Source: Oikopleura dioica
Lineage: Eukaryota; Animalia; Chordata
Reading direction: 5' to 3'
DNA: 64,000 nucleotides
NCBI GenBank assembly: GCA_907165135.1
Contig: OU015569.1
Coordinates: 6,000,769-6,064,768 of the forward strand
Positions 60,058 through 64,000 of this stretch are shown here, one piece after another. The first letter of the stretch is position 1; each line of letters begins with the position of its first letter. A model generated the notes under the pieces. It made no database searches and was not told the origin of the DNA. It was given only the letters and a program-made list of their open reading frames with translations. The position numbers and the translations under genes are program-made.

Positions 60058-63000
60058 TTGTTCTTTTAAAAGTTTTGTTTTTTGAGCTCACATTCAGTAT
60101 CAAAATTTTATTTCTTTGTATAGTTCAGTTTTTGCGCGATCCGCCGTGGTTAACGGTAATTCTATTTACTCAACAAAAAGTCAATACTGAATCTGCTCGA
60201 GTGATTCAAAACTATCCTTGACCCACGTCAACTTCGGCGGTGGGTGGCCGTTCAATTTAGTAACCAGGTGCAACTGCTGGCCAGGATCGAGCTTAACATC
60301 TTTTGGTCTCAGCCTGAAACCAGGCCCCTTCTTCCGTTGGCTTGTATCTGTGTCTGAAGTTGAAATAATGTTAGGAGTACAGTTCGCAAAATGTCAACTA
60401 GTAAACAGCTCGCAGGTGTGTGACCACCGCAACTGATAGTTTTAGTTCTCTACAAGTCTACAAAACCGCGTTCAAATAGTACCACTATTTGATTCTAGCA
60501 AGTTTTCTATCTGATGTTTTATTCCTCAAAAGCTCTCTTTATATAGGTCAGACAACTACCAGCGACCTTGGCGAATATTGAATACCTCTTAGATGGAGAT
60601 ATTGATATCTTCGTATATGGTTGCTGTCGAAGTTCCTACTGTCCATTTGTTCGTGCCCTAAAATAGTAAGTTCAATATTTTCTGATCCAAAGAAAGCTCT
60701 TTAGGTGAAAAATTCGCAGAGAAAGATAAAAGTTTTTGAGCGCGTGAAGAAAGCGCCTGGAAATAAAAAAGGAAGCATCACAGTTGGGTCTCTGATTCAG
60801 TCTGTCCCTCTCAGCACGTTCTGTGTGTTCAAGAAAATGCATTTGGGCACACCGCCGGAGTAATTTACAATCGTTGTATATTCCAATTCTCCAAATATTT
60901 ATCTACTGACTCTATCGAGAACTGATCGACCTGATTTTAAGGCATATTCAAATCACTAATTTGATATTTTTCCTTCTATTTCATAACCCATACGTATGAG
61001 TATGAACGAAGTATAGTTCTCTGGAATGATTCTTTCCCAGGATTTTTCTACTAAAGAATTAGACATTATCTATATATTTAATTATTGATTGTATAAATCT
61101 GGCAACTCACTGGAAATATTTACCTGAAAAATACGAGTAAAATAAAAAACACTCTCTGTTTGATGTTTTTTTCAGCTAGGACACAAGAATTTACCCGTGA
61201 AAATAACTCAAAGAGCAAATCAAACTTTGCAATAGGCACACAAGTTAATGCGCCCGGAATGCAAATTTACGCTTATGGAGCTGGAGGACCACGTAAATTG
61301 TAGACCTGGTCAGACTTGATCATCGAAAAATCCTGCCTAAGCCCTTTTGCAATAGATAGACTTTGCTATTCTAGGGTACACTCCGAAGTGCTAGACAAGA
61401 GATTTAGATCGGATAAAAAGCGAACCCCGCTTTATGTTATTGGCATTTATGGTAACAATGTCATGATGTATCTATTCTGAGGCGCGAAAAGGTCACCGGG
61501 ATCGTTACGCCGGGCACATCACCGGAAACCATTCTCGATAGAAGCGGCTTTATCGCCCCGTCTATGCTTGCACAGGGCAGATACTTACTAATTAAGCAGC
61601 TTTACCATGCGAGCTTTCTTCCTTGATTTCCTGCTCTCTTTCTTAGGAAAACGATTTGTTCGAAAATTTACCCGCCTTTTAAAAAATATACGCTCTGTAA
61701 TTAGATAAATCATTGCTTTATTCAGCCGTAAAACGCGCTTGAATTCTGTCTACGCACACACCTGTGGACGCCAAAAAGGCACCTCCGGAAGCGAGCCCTG
61801 GATTACAGTAATAATCGCACATGCGAATATCATAGCTTAAGGCAAGTTCTCAATCTGTCGTCATTTGAACTGGCAGCTGTCAGTTCTCTGTTTAAAGAGC
61901 TGCTGAAAGCCTCTTGATCGGCAAATAACGTTAGATGCTCTCAAATACTGTTATAAATTCAGCAGATCAAGATTAGACTTGCGTAAGAAACGATTTTTCT
62001 AAGCATCGAAAAACGGTGATATTTTTTATCAGTTATTTTATAAACTCGTTCTCAGTTTCTTTTGATAGCTAAGTACTTTTAAGTTTCGAGAATTCTTCAA
62101 AGATCGCAGCGATTATAATCCAACATGTCGGAATTGACGCAGTAAATCTTCGCCGTTTAAATAAAGGACCTCTTTGATCGGGCGTTTTGTTTATGAGCGG
62201 CGTGGTAGTAATGAATATAATTCTGATCAGGTGTGTCAGCACTCGACACCAGAAATTTACCGACACAAAGTGTCAAGTCCTTGAAGACTTAGGAGAAGCG
62301 CCCTTCAATCTTTACGGCTGAAAAAAAAATCATTTTTTCATCTGCGGTTTTCTTGATCATCAAATTCCTTGCTGCTACTTTCATTGATAAAAAGACGGTG
62401 CCAGTGTGTCTAGCGTGTATACTGTAAAATGTGATTCTAGGGCGGCTACACGATAGTATACTGTTTGATTAATGTTCGTATAAAGCGGCGGTAAGTGCAA
62501 TTGATATTCAAACAACTCCCTGTCTTTGATGTTTTAGAGGCGTTGCTTACTGTAACTTTTGTTCTCTCTGACTTACATCTAACCGTGACGGTTGCTATTT
62601 ATTTCCGAAAATGTGGGGTGAAATCGTAGTAGTGTGAGCTCCTTCATAATTCTTCGGATCGCGTGAGTTATGAGGAGTTACGAGCACGCTAACGTCCATT
62701 TATAGTAGAAATGGCCGGATAAGCTCTCACTTCTCACGTATTATTCGAAAAAGTGCTCTTTGAAACTACTTTTGTTTAAGAATAATTTTGTAGAATAAGA
62801 ATGAAAAATTAGTATTTTTAGTAAAAGAGTATTTTACTGAAAATGACCTTGAATTTATCAAAAATATATTTACTAAAATATTATGCTATTACGAAATGAT
62901 TTTTATACAATACGATCATAAACCCATTTTAGATATTATAATGCGATTTATAGATATCAATGGCGCCTAAGACTCTTTAATTGGTACTCACAGTTATCGC

Positions 63001-64000
63001 CCTTTATTTTTGCTCGGATATTCTCTATGAGTGGCATATTGAAATGAGACCCGCTTTCGTTGAGCGCTCTTGAAAAGAGTAGCTACTCAGAGTGAAACAT
63101 ATTTTTATCAAATCGGTATCTATGGTTAAAAGAGCAAAAGGTCACTCTTAACGACACCTGCCATTCTGATTTAGTATGGAGGTACCAACCCCTACTTTTT
63201 CTGAAAGAATTCGATTTTTTACCTTCTCCGTCGAGAATAAGCATTTTCACTTCGTGCAGGCCGAATTCGTTCTCAGCGACGATAGCTTGAACAGGGTTTA
63301 TCACTACAGAAGTCGCATTAATAAATAAAGATTAAGCTTGAACTCATGGTTTAATCGACCACCAGCGAGCAATTTATGATATCAACCCTGATACCGAAAA
63401 CGCCGAGATCAGACTCCTCAAGCTGGAAAATTGTCAATACGAATAAGTTTGTCTCTGCAACTGTGGATAAGCGCCCCTTCCGCACTGGAAGCCCGTCCTT
63501 AAATTAATTGTTCACAGATTATGTTTTGAGATCATACCTTGAGCCAAAGGACGACTTTGGGAGATCCTGTTATCTTTGCCTCTAGTATCGATTCACTGCT
63601 GGTTCGAAAAAAAGTTATTTGTAAATCGGACCCCTCACTAATCTCAATCTACCGCCGATTTTGACTGGCGTGGCGGAAGTAAGCGCAATCGTCGGAAAAT
63701 TACAAACTGGGACATCACAAGGAACAGTTAATTCATCAATCTCTGATGTCTCCGACAACTGTCCCCGCCTCGATCTCGAGCAAAGTTCGAGTTTTACGTC
63801 AATAATCACAAACTGCTGAAAACTTTTAATTAACCGTCTGTTATTCAGAAAACTAGCTCCTGATTTCTAATAATAAAAGCTTGTCGACAATGCCATGACT
63901 GGCGAGTTTGTGAATTATTGTCGGAAACTAATAGAACTTTTCCTTCCGTTGATATTTTCGCGACTGCGAGTAACCTTCCGTTCCTCATTATCCGACGACT

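Noticed and set aside
1-64000. Prokaryotic defence-island interpretation (STAND NTPase with DUF4062)
   Set aside because: The locus and all its neighbours have spliceosomal introns with GT-AG borders. The flanking genes are metazoan-specific (SRRT, PSMD7, HS6ST, Ig-muscle protein). No operonic prokaryotic signals are present.

Overview
This window is eukaryotic nuclear DNA from a compact invertebrate genome. Exons are short and introns are about 40-60 nt and often end in tttcag or ttttag, which looks nematode-like, although the species cannot be named. It is gene-dense on both strands. Recognisable loci are SRRT/ARS2 (partial), PSMD7/Rpn8, an arylsulfatase, a three-finger CCCH (TTP-like) protein, a cNMP-binding-domain protein, a trypsin-like serine protease, an SLC43-like and an SLC7-like amino-acid transporter, heparan-sulfate 6-O-sulfotransferase, and a large muscle Ig-domain protein with DFRxxL repeats. 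The standout locus is a five-exon gene of about 2339 aa on the minus strand (28317..35685). It fuses a TROVE-like region, a DUF4062 domain, a NACHT P-loop NTPase and a WD40 propeller, which is the architecture of telomerase/vault-associated protein TEP1. It includes a single 4.4 kb intronless exon. I reconstructed it by joining four six-frame ORFs through short GT-AG introns that are all in frame, and the joined CDS length is divisible by 3. Non-coding features include a tandem array of a perfect 17-bp palindrome inside the SRRT first intron, a MITE-like foldback, a GC-rich hairpin island beside a second foldback and a GT-rich minisatellite, a GC-rich non-coding block, and an operon-like 136-bp spacing between two co-directional genes. 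No rRNA, tRNA, CRISPR or prokaryotic features were seen. My hand-counted coordinates may be off by 1-3 nt.
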